From assembly GCF_964194155.1 (NCBI RefSeq), contig NC_135889.1, forward strand, positions 58,280,001 through 58,344,000: 64,000 nt of DNA, read 5' to 3'. This DNA comes from Cetorhinus maximus. Taxonomy: Eukaryota. Position 1 is the first letter of the stretch. The number at the start of each line of letters is the position of its first letter. The notes under the pieces were generated by a model. That model did no database searches and was not told where the DNA came from. It saw only the letters and a program-made list of their open reading frames with translations. Below, piece after piece: positions 26,901-39,600 of the stretch. A program made the translations under genes and the position numbers.

Positions 26901-28099
26901 CCCCGTAGGTTCAAATGAGACATTTGTTTCATCTTTTAAAGCAAAACATCTACTAAAAAATGAAGCACCAAACGCTCATGAATATAGTTTCTGTAGACGT
27001 GAGTACCTGCAATTGTTCTAGCTGAATCTCATTTACAGACTTTCCATTACGTTTCAAAGAAAACAAAATATATGACTCGTGGTATTCAACATAAGCTCAG
27101 GCCTCTATTTCGCTGTGTACAAATAGGCAGCAGATGCCATGACAGCCGGCATTGTTTGCAATAAAGCACAACTAAACCGTAAAATCTACGCCATTTCATG
27201 ACACTCAACTACGCCTTAATAATAATCTTATCGCAGTGTTACTAACGTTTACCCCCACCTCCAAAATGCAGCCGGTACAAATTTCTGCACCTGAAGTTTA
27301 TCATAGTTGCTCCAAAATGTTAAAGCTAATCCGAATAGAAGGTCAGTATATCTGCCTACTACAACTTATGACTGTCGCCTGATAGCACAGAGTAAGAAGC
27401 AAAGGGCGCTATTCATCAAATATATATGACAGTTACATTCATTTGCTATCTTAGCAGAAACAAAACTAAAATTATTTACCTACCAAGCTTCCATTTTTCA
27501 GTTCCTGGCAACGAACCACAACAGCAAAGTGAAATAGCGGACCATTTGTATATAATATTCTTGGGATCTGTTCACTTTTCAAGTGTGATAGAGTCCTTTG
27601 CTTGGCCGATTAATGACGACGCCGTGTTTCTTTCGGGACGTACTGCATTAATTATTTAGTAAATCACGTGGCCGAATCAAATATAAAAGGATACATAAAA
27701 TCTTACCACCTCTGCTGGACATAATGATAAAATGTAAAAGTCTTTATCATTTGAGAAATATTTGGTTGGTAAATATGTTTTAAAATTCTAAAGGGAAAGA
27801 CTAACAAATATGGCTGTTTAGTAGCGTTGGGTTGCATCAGCTTTGTCCCATTTTGAATGACCAGCCTATGGCATGGTCGCATTGACTCTTTGCCTTCCTT
27901 TCAGCTGTTTCTCTTTCCAGACTAGAAGCGAAATAACGGGGCGGTGTATATACAACAATAACAATACAGCAAACATTACTCATTTAAGTTTAAGTTTATT
28001 CGGATTTGTTCAGTGAAACTAAATATTAAGATTGTTTCATATTTAAGAAAGTTAAATAATACAAGGTGGGTCATTTAATGCATGTGTTTGCCCCTTAGA

Positions 28100-28296
28100 C
28101 GTGCATAGAGCTAAATACATGCGTGTACAGAAAGTGCACATGTGCATTATCACATACATACCCATGTATATATACATTCACACATACATGTAAACATATA
28201 CAGGACCATATCCACATATGTACACATTCACACATGCATATGTACATATATGCACACACACAAAAACATATGCATGCGTAAAAAATAGATACATGC
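28100..28296. repeat. Degenerate CA/TA low-complexity tract
   Basis: Interrupted CACAT/ACATAT units. Confidence 0.8.
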
Positions 28297-29000
28297 ATTG
28301 AAGCGGCACACAGCTAGATATAAGGGTTATATGTGGCCGTGGGAGCTGTGCTGTGCGTCGATAGATATAAATATGCAAGTTGATTGATTGTGATTGATAT
28401 GATATGTGACGTTGTGAATTTTGAATGATATAACAGTTCAGAAATCATGATGTTGTTTACTTTTATGTTCTATGTTTCCCAATTTAGCGCACTCGATATT
28501 TATGTGACAAATTATGTAGTGTAAGAACTTGAAAATAATTAAGATTCTGAATTTAAAACATTTGAATTATAAATTGTAACCAGTGCCTACACTAATACGT
28601 GTAGCTGGATAGGTTAAATATTGATAAATTACATGGCTAAATGAATATGAGACGTTATCAATTGACCTTGGTGGTAACTGCGGTTAAAAGTGGGCTGCTT
28701 TTCAAGGAGATAGGTGTTGCACAAAAGTCAAAGTCATATACTGCTTACAGCTTCTTTTAGAATATATATGCTCGGGTAATTTAGATTGTACCTTGAAAAA
28801 GACAACGTGTGCCGCTGATTAATTGTTACTTATTTTTGGCTTTTGGCACACATTGTTTCTCAGTTTCAGGTATTACTGCTTTACGAAATGTTGCAAAATA
28901 TTTTTAAAAGTTCGTTTGGTTTCACTTTTTCTGGCTAGTTGTAAAACAGAGAGTGACTCTATTGCACTCAACTTTGATAGAAGACGGTGCAGATTTTTTG

Positions 29001-29068
29001 GTGGGGGTGGGGGGGGGTGTGGGGAGGGGGGGTGGGGGTGTGGGGTGGGGGGGTTGTGGGTGTGGTGT
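29001..29068. repeat. G-rich low-complexity tract
   Basis: Repeated G runs separated by T/TGT. Confidence 0.8.
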
Positions 29069-29938
29069 GATTATGAACTATAGCTTAGCAATAACATGGG
29101 CCAGCGCAAAGCACCTACATGACAGGATGCTGTGTCCACTCGGTGTCGAAAATGTGCCTCCTTTAATTACAAAATGAATAATGACGAAATTATGCAGACT
29201 TTATCCACAATAAGGATGCAAGAGTGCTTGAGAATAGAATTATTTACAACTGCATAACTGGATGTGTTTGTTTTCTAATATTCTTTTTATTGTTTTACTA
29301 TTATGCATGTTGCCATGGAATTTAAGTGGCATGAGTAGAATTGAATTTTGGCTTAACAAACAAATATGGACCATCATTCGACACAAACGCCAACCGCTGC
29401 AACGCGATTTCGAGTATTTTGAGCATAAATGTGGCAAAACTATATCTTTATGGCGCATACGTGGAGAAAAAATTTAGTGGGAATCTCAATGCATATATTA
29501 GAAGATGACTGTTTGGGAGTGTTTCTGAACGTTTTCTTTATTCAAGCATCATAGAAAAGGGAAGCAGGAACATATTGAGTTGAAAATAAGCAACGTTTGA
29601 AGCTGAGTAAATCAACAACTTCTATGTTCTGTCATTAGAGATAAAGTGTAGGCAACGGCTGAAATGTCACTTCTGCAAAGGTGGAGGGACAGGAGAGAAG
29701 TGGAGTTTAGAGGCTCCATGCATTATATTAAAATCTGTATCTCCTGAGAAAGGATGCAGAAGTTACCCCTGCAGAAATTGGATTAGTTCATACGTGAGAA
29801 ACTATTTCAACTGGCTTTAACTAGAGGGTGTCTGTGTTAAAACACATAGAAAAAGCGAAGGGTAGGATTGAGTCCAAAAGGTCAAGGGTTTAGAGGTCAG
29901 TCCTCCAGGCTGAAATACAGCTAATCGAATAGAAAATT

Positions 29939-29955
29939 TGTCCTCTTGGTGAACC
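29939..29955 (-). promoter_or_regulatory. DR5 RARE of the Hox4 3' neural enhancer
   Basis: Minus strand GGTTCA ccaag AGGACA, 2.5 kb 3' of the HoxD4 stop; same half-sites as the known Hoxd4/Hoxa4 3' RARE. Confidence 0.8.
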
Positions 29956-32436
29956 TGTTTCTACAGTTTAGCCGAACTTCAGTAAAATACCTTTTCAGCT
30001 TCTCAACATGAAGGCGTCAGAAAAGGACATCTTTGCTACGCGTGAACCTTAGCGTTTTGTACTGGAGACAATGATTTAAATGGTATAAAGAATATCACTC
30101 ATTTATAATATCAAGACGTGGATATATTATAGTAATGTCATGTGCAAGTCTGAGAACTACACGGCTTATCCTATAAAGAACAAAGAATCTTGGAATTCGC
30201 CTTTTCAAATTGACCATGTCCAGCTAAGCCAGCTGCAGGCTTGCAGGCCAGTAAAGGGACAGGAAAAAGAGCTGCACCGCCAAATTTCTTTTGTTAGTGA
30301 ATGCTATAAAATCGAGTTGAGCATTGAAATTTCCTAGGAAATAGATTTTCTTGACTTGTATTTTGACGGAATTCTGGCATTGCCCTCTAAATTGCTGTGT
30401 GATTGCGAATAATGATTTCCTGAGAGTTGGTTTGGCTCGGTTTCCTTTTAGCGGATTAGATAGCCCATTAACACAAACCCCTCCGGACTTTTTCCCCTTA
30501 CATATACTTTCTACCAAGCTTCAATTATTTTAAGGCAACATTAAGGACACTCGCCATCTTTCTTTTCCGAAGCTCCAATTTTACAGATGAGAGAAATAAA
30601 ACGGCCTAAACTTAAGACATTTAATTTATTCGTGGCTTTAATAATGCGTGTGGAGATAACCTTCAATTGTAATCACACAGCTAAACTCAACATCGGCCCC
30701 CATTTTTGCTGTCATGGCTATCATAAATCAGGGAATACACGCTTCATTGTGAGGAGGCTGTATACCTAAAGCTTGGACAATTCCTCAAAAAAAAAACCCT
30801 ACATTAAATGTACCCGGAAGGGTTTTGTGAGAATTGAAGATATATTTTTAAATTTAGCTTATGGAGGTAATATTATCATGAAAACAGTAACGTATGTTCG
30901 AATATCTAATAAACTCTTCCTTTATGGCACAACGGGCACTTAATTCCGTTTAAACATCTGGATATCCTGCAATGAATGACCGTTTTAAAACATTGCATAA
31001 AGGAACTGAATGCGAAATCTCCATGACATACCAATGTGCCACTGATTGATATCGTGAGAATATTGGCACAGCACATACAATCTTGTGTTTCAGGAAGTTC
31101 TGACTCGTTTCGCCTGGTTGTAACATAACATTAGCTTCCTTAAAACTGCCAGAAACAACGATCTTCAGCAATTTGTGTTTAGGTGTAAATTACCTAATTG
31201 AAGAGCCTCTCGGCTATTGTCCTTGCCTCTCTAAATCAACCACCAGTGTGTCTTTACAGATTAATAGGCTGGAAAAACGAATAGGGCTCTTCACAAAGCA
31301 AAATATACACGGTGTAGACCGTTTCTGTTTCTAAACTGTGTACCTTGTCGTATTGTTGTTCGCTCATCCGTTCTGGAGAAAATCGAAAGGAAACACATTC
31401 CCACTTGTAATACTAAACGTTCACAGATTGGTGTAACCAACTTACTCATTTATCAACCAACAACCCGAGAAACAGAGTTTAACAAGCACCCTGAACACAA
31501 AGTACTGTTGCAATATTTCACTAACCGCATTTCTCTTTCAGAAACCTTGCTTTAGATAACATCGGTTGGTGTCTTTACCTATTTGATATTGAATTGGGGA
31601 TCACTGCATTTTTGGCACTTTGTATTCTTGTATGTAAGGTCTAGTTTCATGACATTTGTTCACGACAGCGTCGCAACATAAGCGGTATTCATATATAAGA
31701 ATACAAGTCCAGAAACCAAAAAAAGGAAAACTACTCACGCTATTCAGCTTATTACTACTAAATTTATTTTTTGAACTTTAGTAGTGCGTACGAATTTTGG
31801 TATCGTTCTTGAACATAAAAATGTATGCAATCTTGCATTGTAGGCTTGTAACAATAATCCATCCAGCAGCACAATTACAAATACCATTTTCTCATTTTAA
31901 ATAAAGAAACCACAAAACACTGTCTAATTCCTGATCACTATAAATCTCGAATATCAACACAATATACACAGAGATGGAATCGCAAAAATACACATTACAA
32001 GCAAAAATAGTTGTGGAAAACAGAAATTACCACAACAAATCACTGGGCCTTCATTGTAAAATAAAAAAGACCATGAACAAGCGTCGCAGCCTTTCATTTT
32101 CATGCGAGCAGACTACACATGTACCTTCCTGGAGTGTACACCTCACCATGTCTTCACGACTTAGTGCCTCGCACTTGTTAGGGTTACTAAGGTGTGCTGT
32201 GTGATAAGAATAGCCACTGACTAAAATCGAAATGGTTTCAGCTGCAGCTAATGTGACTTTCTCCTTTTTGTTTCATTTCCTACATTTAAGAACAAAGGTG
32301 AGGCATAAGACAAGGTCCCTTCAATGCCATAAAAATCAGCAGGAAAGCACCTACAAGCCATGTTATCGGTACATGCAATTTCTGCCTGGAAATGTCCCAT
32401 TATATACACTTAAAGAGCCACTTATAAGATGTGCTT

Positions 32437-33610
32437 CTATAAACTTGTGAGGTCTGTTTGTTGGTCCTTGGAAACAGTTTGTAACTGTTGATTTGAAGTA
32501 GAGGAAGAACCAGAGGATCTGGTCTTTGTGTTAGGCAGTTTGTGATCTTTTTTCCACTTCATTCTTCTGTTCTGAAACCAAATTTTGATCTGGCGTTCGG
32601 AAAGACATAAAGTGTGAGCTATTTCAATTCGACGTCGTCTTGTCAGATACCTGTTAAAATGGAATTCCTTTTCGAGTTCTAAAACCTGCTGCCTTGTGTA
32701 GGCAGTTCGTGAACGTTTTGGTTCCCCTCCTGAGTAATTAGGGTTCACTGAAAAACAAAACAATTCAACAACCATTCAAATCCGGACCGAAAGTTTGTCA
32801 AACCGCTTTCACTACACAATCCTGAAGGCAACGCCTGGGCGCACATTGCACAGTAACAGTATCTCTGGTGAGAAGTTCAAATATATATATTATTACCAAG
32901 GATCACTTTAAAGTTCTTTCGGAATTGGAGATATAACATGTCCCTGTTACTCTCAGGCTCGAGTTTTCACAAGGACTCAGCCACATGGCCAGCGGCCTAT
33001 TTCCTCAGCAATAAAAATTTATGATGGGTGTAATTGCCGGTCTTTTTAAAAACCGCTCATAAATCCTCCCTTGAAGGAGTTATTTACGGTAGACCTGTAT
33101 CAATGGGTCACAAATATTTGCCAGGGATGGCGATGCAGCAGGGGGGGTGGGGGGGGTGGGTGGGAGGAGGTGGGGGAGAACCAAAAAGTGGACCTTACCG
33201 GTGTTAACGTGGATTTTCTTCATCCAAGGATAAACCACTGCTGGCTGTTTGGTTGCTGTGCCGTTTTGGTTCTTTGGATTATGTTGCTGCTGGCTGCAAG
33301 GCCGGCCTATGGACACTTGGAGCGGTGCAACGGGCTCTCCCTGCCCTGTGAGGTGGTTCTGAGGAGCGGGCTGTGCCTGCAGATGACCCCTCTGCTGCAC
33401 TGGAGAGCCCCGAGCGTTGCTGCAGCTGTACGACTGGCCGCTGTAGTTTGACCGTGGATAGATTCCTTGGTGCTGAAAATCAGAATCCTGCGACTGGCTG
33501 TAATACTCTGAGCAGTGGTCAGGTATGTAGTTATTTTGCGAGTATTCCTCGCAAGGAGGAAATTTGGGATCCACATATTTAGTGTTCATCAAATACGAAC
33601 TCATGGTCAT
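32437..33610 (-). CDS. HOXD4: Homeobox protein Hox-D4; exon 1 33610-33199, exon 2 32747-32437 (240 aa)
   Basis: [25 protein letters not shown] start, [13 protein letters not shown] hexapeptide, donor G|GTAAG, acceptor TTTCAG|, homeodomain [20 protein letters not shown]...[12 protein letters not shown]. Confidence 0.95.
33009..33037 (-). promoter_or_regulatory. Homeodomain-binding (HB1-like) element in the HoxD4 intron
   Basis: CAATTACACCCATCATAAATTTTTATTG: clustered TAAT/TTAT sites of the type conserved in Hox4 introns. Confidence 0.6.
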
Positions 33611-33731
33611 TAATTTCTGAAGGTGGAAAATACTAATTTTTCTCCAGTTGTCTTTTTTCCCGAGCCATAAAGCCCTCCTACTTGCTGTCAACTGAATAAA
33701 GTTAGTCACCCATGTGACTGTACGAGCCAAT
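33611..33731 (-). promoter_or_regulatory. HoxD4 conserved leader and E-box + CCAAT
   Basis: CATGTG-N10-CCAAT at 33711-33731; leader GAGAAAAATTAGTATTTTCCACCTTCAGAAATTAATG typical of Hox4 genes. Confidence 0.7.
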
Positions 33732-34961
33732 GGCGAGGTCGGGCCCGATTCCCGGATAAGGAAACAGCTAATGACAATTTTTACAAACTTCGTCCAGAAA
33801 ACCTTGTTTTAAAAATAAATTAAAAACTGCAAGGTCTTGATTTTTTTTTTCAGCAGCCACTAAGTATTTGAAATAGATTCCGGAAAATACACATAATAGA
33901 GGTTTCCATTTGGAGCGAATAATGACCACTCACTGAGCCCCCGAATATTGCTCAGGTAATTTGCTCTTTTGTCAAAAGAGAATTTTTCCACCATTCCTTG
34001 CCGCTTTTCAAATAAACCAAGGAGAGCGAATGCATTCGACGTGTTTGTATTTGTTGCTGTTTTCTCCCGAGAGCAGCATGGCAATAGCGAGGGTTCTTGG
34101 AGAAATGGCCAGCAATCCAACGTACGTAGGATGACAAAGGAAGAATCCCGTTAGCCAAAAAAAGGGATAACAGAGCTGAGGAAAATAATTACAGCCATTA
34201 CCGATGCAGAAAGGTCATTTGGACAAAGTTATTCAAAGGCAAACATGGCCTACTCCGATAAAGTCAGGACAAGGCTTTCCGTTTCACATAAAGCACTTTG
34301 CAAATGTTGCTTAAGGACATTGTAAGATCAAAAATACTTTGTTCTGAAAGTTTAAAATATTGGAAGAGTAGGATATAAGTTTTATATCTGATGGCCTTAA
34401 GCGTTCACGCTCCAATTTCTTCACAATTCGTTTTTCTCCTCTCACATTCACTCACATCTGTTATCCCTTTAAACTATTGCAATAACTAACTCTCCTACTT
34501 GTAATATGTACAATTCGAATTTTAAGTTTTGAACTAAGACGTATTCTGCTCCGATTTAATTCAGAAGCATCGTAAGTTGAACAAACGTGATACGAAACCA
34601 CAAGCCAATCTTTGTAGATGATTTATCGCCATCGCCATGGAAACAGGCAGCTTGAGAAAAAAATACTTAAGTTTCAGTAATCTTAGATTTCCGGAGAGTA
34701 AATCCGGAAGTTTAGAAACGACTACATTCTCACTAATGATCAGTAAATCAACACGTTAAACATCACAGTTCGATTGCAAAGGGGAACTAAAACAAGCCAT
34801 TCAATGCTGAGCGGCGAGATCTAAAAGCCTACTCAATATTGAAAACTGGATTCAAAACAAAAAGAGGCCATTCCTAATGAAATCATTCAGTATTACTTAG
34901 AACTAAATCACTCTAAGCAGTAAAAGCCACGAAGGGCAAATTGCTGATTTTCGTAGTGTTG

Positions 34962-35048
34962 GCATCGACCATAGACTCCCCTAGAAACGAATCTGTGACC
35001 GAAACATCACACAAATTCGGTTCTACAGGGTATATATAGACGACGGGT
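34962..35048 (-). ncRNA. MIR10B: microRNA miR-10b precursor (mature 5p 35032-35010; 3p arm about 34996-34975)
   Basis: Minus strand reads TACCCTGTAGAACCGAATTTGTG (the miR-10b-5p sequence), a loop, then the complementary arm ACAGATTCGTTTCTAGGGGAGT; canonical position between Hox4 and Hox5. Hairpin ends approximate. Confidence 0.96.
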
Positions 35049-36666
35049 TGCAAACAAATTCGGTGACTAGTTACAATATGGGAAAGTAGTTTAAAAAGCT
35101 GCGGTTGCAAGCGGACTCCAAGGAGTTAATGGCGTGTAATATTAACAAATAAGAGAATAAAATTCAGACAAAGCGATTGCTAATAAGTTTAATTGCTTAG
35201 CCATTGAAAAATAATAGAAGTCGTTCCTTTATATCTGAGGTGATAGCAAAGATTTCTATGTGCGTTGTTCGGCAGTGGCAGCAGCATGAATCAGCGCGGA
35301 GCTGGTTTGTGCATATAGTCTACAAGGCAGAAGTTATTATTTGTTACTGTGCTGATGAACCCTTCGTATTTCACAGAGATTTTATAGGAAACAGTTTGTA
35401 CCGATCCGCTCCAGCTAACATTACTAAGTGCCCCAGCGTGAATCAATAATTGCTCCAGATGCTAATAATTTGAACTCACCACTAACAAACCGCAGGATGT
35501 TACAACAAATATCGCCCGGCCTAAACAATTCCTAAATCTAATCAAAAGCAAGTTATACATGATAGCACAAATATTGGTTTATTTCAAAGTGTTTTCCACT
35601 CACTGCTACTTTCATAAAATGATAGCAGCCCAGGAAAATAACGATTGTTTGTTCTATTCTAATCTCTCCCACTTCCTAAAAACTGGATCAAATAATACTG
35701 CTGGCAGTATGCTTCAAAATCTAATTACCACCAGACAATTGGATCGCCATATGCAGGAAAAATATATACAATTTAATCTGCCAACTAACCAGGATTCCCT
35801 TTGCCTTGAACATGTCTAAGGTGGTTTCTAAACTCTAGTGCATTGTAGGTTCCTTACTTTGCTCTCCCCACTGTCCCTGTTGTGTGTTAAAGGCTGAAGG
35901 GCACGGGGTCAGACTGAAATCATTTACAAACACATCGGAAAGTTGCATTATTATTTTCACTTTAGCGAGCGCCACACGCCTGACCTTTTCTAAGTGTGTG
36001 AATCTTGCCTAACTAACTATTCAGCTAAGTTTACAGTAATTCTGTCCTTATGTCTCTAGTTTAAAAAGCAGGCACACGAGAGACAGACTGGGAACAATTA
36101 TATACGTACGCCAGCGAAAAAAAGTAAGTGTATTCAACAGTACAAAGATTACACTTAAATGTTTTGCGATGCACTGATTAACAAAGTAACAGTGAAACTG
36201 TACTTTCTGACAGTAAATGGGAGTGTTCACTTGTTTATTTCTCTGCTGTTTCTGTCGTGCACTACAAAGGTTTCGGTTTATCTACGTTTTATTGCAGGGC
36301 AGTCAAACTAATCCTCTTTAAATGTTCAACCTCGTATTTAATCCCCGAGTAAATTGCTGTTTTGAATATTTTACCTCTTGTAAAACAAATCCATAAAGTC
36401 GCTAAAAGTTTGATCTTATTTACCTGTGATTTTTTTTCCTTTACCCCAGTGCATTAGGAAAGAAAAAAGCTAAACAGTTTTCGACAACCAATGACGCCAA
36501 CGAATGCACCAGCAGTGATTTCTGCTTTTAAAAGCCTTTTTGCAAAGAAAATCCCAGATATCGTTACATCATCCGATAATTGGGAAGCCAAATCTCTTTA
36601 CTGTTCAAATTATCGCACATAGTGAAGCTGATTGGTGCTACACATTTTAATATTTGTTAGACGCTG

Positions 36667-36683
36667 TGACCTGCATTTCACCT
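36667..36683 (-). promoter_or_regulatory. DR5 RARE 5' of HoxD4/miR-10b
   Basis: Minus strand AGGTGA aatgc AGGTCA, the sequence I recall for the mammalian Hoxd4 5' RARE, about 3 kb upstream of the ATG. Confidence 0.85.
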
Positions 36684-39600
36684 TACTGCTCGACTCGTTC
36701 AGACAGGTCAATGCCAAAGAGTTTTTGATGAACAAACCCGATTAAAATTCACCTCTTTTTTAACTGCCCACACAAGTGCTGCGACTTTTGATCTAGCAGA
36801 TTTTGACCTAGAGAATGTCAATGCAAAGTAAGTGTTTGGGAAGTGAACCCTATATTTATTCATAGATTCAGTGGTTCAATGAAAGCTATTATTGTCATGA
36901 GTCTGCTAAGGGCCTTCCTGCGTATAAATACAACGATTTAAAAAACAAAATTGAATTTTTAAAAAGTTCACCTTTCTAATGACCCAGAAAGCCATTTTCT
37001 TGCAGAAGTCCACTCAGCATAAGGAAGACTGTTTTGCTTTTCAGTAGCAATTACCCTTGATTACTTATCAACGCCTAGAGATTCACATTGTAAAACTTAG
37101 TGCTGAAACGAAGGATCCATTGCGCTAGCCCATTGCTTTACCAATACCGGTTAAACATTATCTGGATCTAGTTAAAGTGAGTTCTTGTTTGACGTTTATC
37201 TCGTGGCGTGATTAGGCCGTTTCTTGGGCGGCAATAGTATCGGATATTATGTGTAAAGATAGACTAACATCTGTAAAAGTCTGCATTTGATACCGTAGCA
37301 GTGATTATAATTAGCCGAGGTAAAGGGGTAATAGTAGACCATAGGTGAAAAGAAACACTGACAGTCCCTAGCGTGGAGAGGATAGAATATGGACATTTCT
37401 ATTACTGGCTTGTGATAGCTAAATAGTAATACTGTCCCTTTGAAATAAAAACTTGAACCTGCCTCATTTGATGATGCGGCGTTCTCGGTTTTGGTTACTT
37501 TGATATTGTTAGCTTTTCCTTAAATATACAGTCTTAAAATAATAGCTTTAAATTATCTTCATGAACCTATTAATAATAAGCTGTATCTTTCATAGTTAAC
37601 AAGACAAGAAACTAATGAAACATGCTTACGTTTAAAAGGTAACGAAATTTTGTAATAAGTAATACGAACTTTTAATGAATAATTATTCTACCAATGACCT
37701 GGCGGACCATTACAAAAAGCATTTTAAATCATTAAAGGTAAGCCTAGCCAATAGATAAGCCAAGAAAAAGAATGCTGCGCTTTAGTTAAATGAATAGTTC
37801 AATTGATGCTCTGGCAGCCATAAGGCTTGATTTTTGGCCTACATGTTTACAGTGACTGTGATATCTGGAGAGCTTTGACATTTGCTTTCGCCCACACGTC
37901 TATGTTGGCTCAGTAAGTGTGCACTTAAATATCTGTTATAATTATTGCCACGTCATTCGACAAAGCAATTTTACAGATGTTTTGAAACCGGAACAATAAT
38001 TTTCCTCCAAATGACCTTTCACAGATGCAGCCTTGCACTGGGAGGCGCTGTGTTGTACATTACCAGCTCAAAATAACAAGCCAACTAAATCTAACTCTGG
38101 ATATACACTGTCACAGTTAGAGTTAAACACAAGAATACTTTAACTGATTTTACTCTGTACCTATAAGGACCTAACCATATCAGGGAAATTGAATGAAGCA
38201 ATATAATTTCTCCCTCGCCGTTATACAAATCAAGCAGGGTATCACGAAGAATGCAAGTTGCGCACAATTGTTACTAGGATCATCTTTGAATCCACGTAAA
38301 CGCTCCCTTTAGACCCACAATGTGACCATCTCATTTCCCATAGGAACCACATTCGAAACAACCAACAGCTTCCAACTATTCGCCACACATTTAAGAAATA
38401 ACACACAGCTACTTACGGAAAATCCTCTTCCATTCTGCTAGGTCTGCAATAAAATAAAAACAAAATTAGATTCAACAGTTTTAAGTTTTAATCACACAAT
38501 TAAGATGGAATTCAGTACAATATATGCGCACATGCGCTTTTTGACCCAAACTAATATTAAAGTAACTGAAATATTGTTAACTTCCCGAGTTCAGGTAAGC
38601 GGCCTTCATAAGGCAGTGCTTTTCACTATGATCTGCAAGATAATTTCTGTTACCATTAGAACTGCGGGTTTTATTTTTATGGTGCAGCATTTTAAACAAA
38701 AATTCGATCATTTATATACGGCGAATTTTATGTTTCGCCTATTAATTGGTTTAACACTGTCAGTTTCACTTTACATTGTTTAAGCATAGGAAACCCATAT
38801 AATGGCATATATTCTAGGTAAATATTTCAACAGTGGTTTTACATTGTCCTACCCGTGTCTGGCAATGTACGTTTCAACCTTTCATGGATTAACATGGCCG
38901 TTTATTGAACTTTTAAAATACATCTATATGCATAAAACGTCCATTTGTAATGATAAGCGACATTAATATAAAAAATAAACCCTCCGTGGGCCGTAATCCG
39001 CTCTCAGATATGTTCTGGTATATCTTGGCAGGTCATTTTTCTCGGTATTCTGTTTGCTATTCTTTTCACTTGCGGATTTTATTGAACATTTAGAGCAGAA
39101 AAAGAACGTTTCACTCATGGAGCTAATCCGCCTCGTTAACTTCGAAGAAATTCCAAATCTTTTTTTTTTTTATTTAATAAAAGTTTATTTCTAAAATTCT
39201 TCATTAAAGTAAAGTCGGTTAAAAAGGGCAGAACGCACTATTGTTTTAATTTTTAAAGCAAATCCGAATTATTTATGGATGTATTGCTCATATTTTCAGT
39301 TTTCACTGTAAACATTTTTCATCTCAGCCCTTTGGGCTAAGCCTGTGCCCTGTCAGGTTTGATAGTTATTCATTTTTTTGCACCGAATATCTGAATTTTG
39401 GGTCTCATCTCGCACTGTTTATGATTTCATGGACACCCTCTCTCCTGAAAACTTGTCATATCATTCTACGTTTCCAGCAACATTTACGTAGGCCGTAAGT
39501 AATGTCAATGTGTAACAAAAACAATTAATAGGGTTAATTCATTTCGTATTGCCTCACTATCTGCGGGACACAAAAGTAGTTAAATGAGAATTCCGAACTA

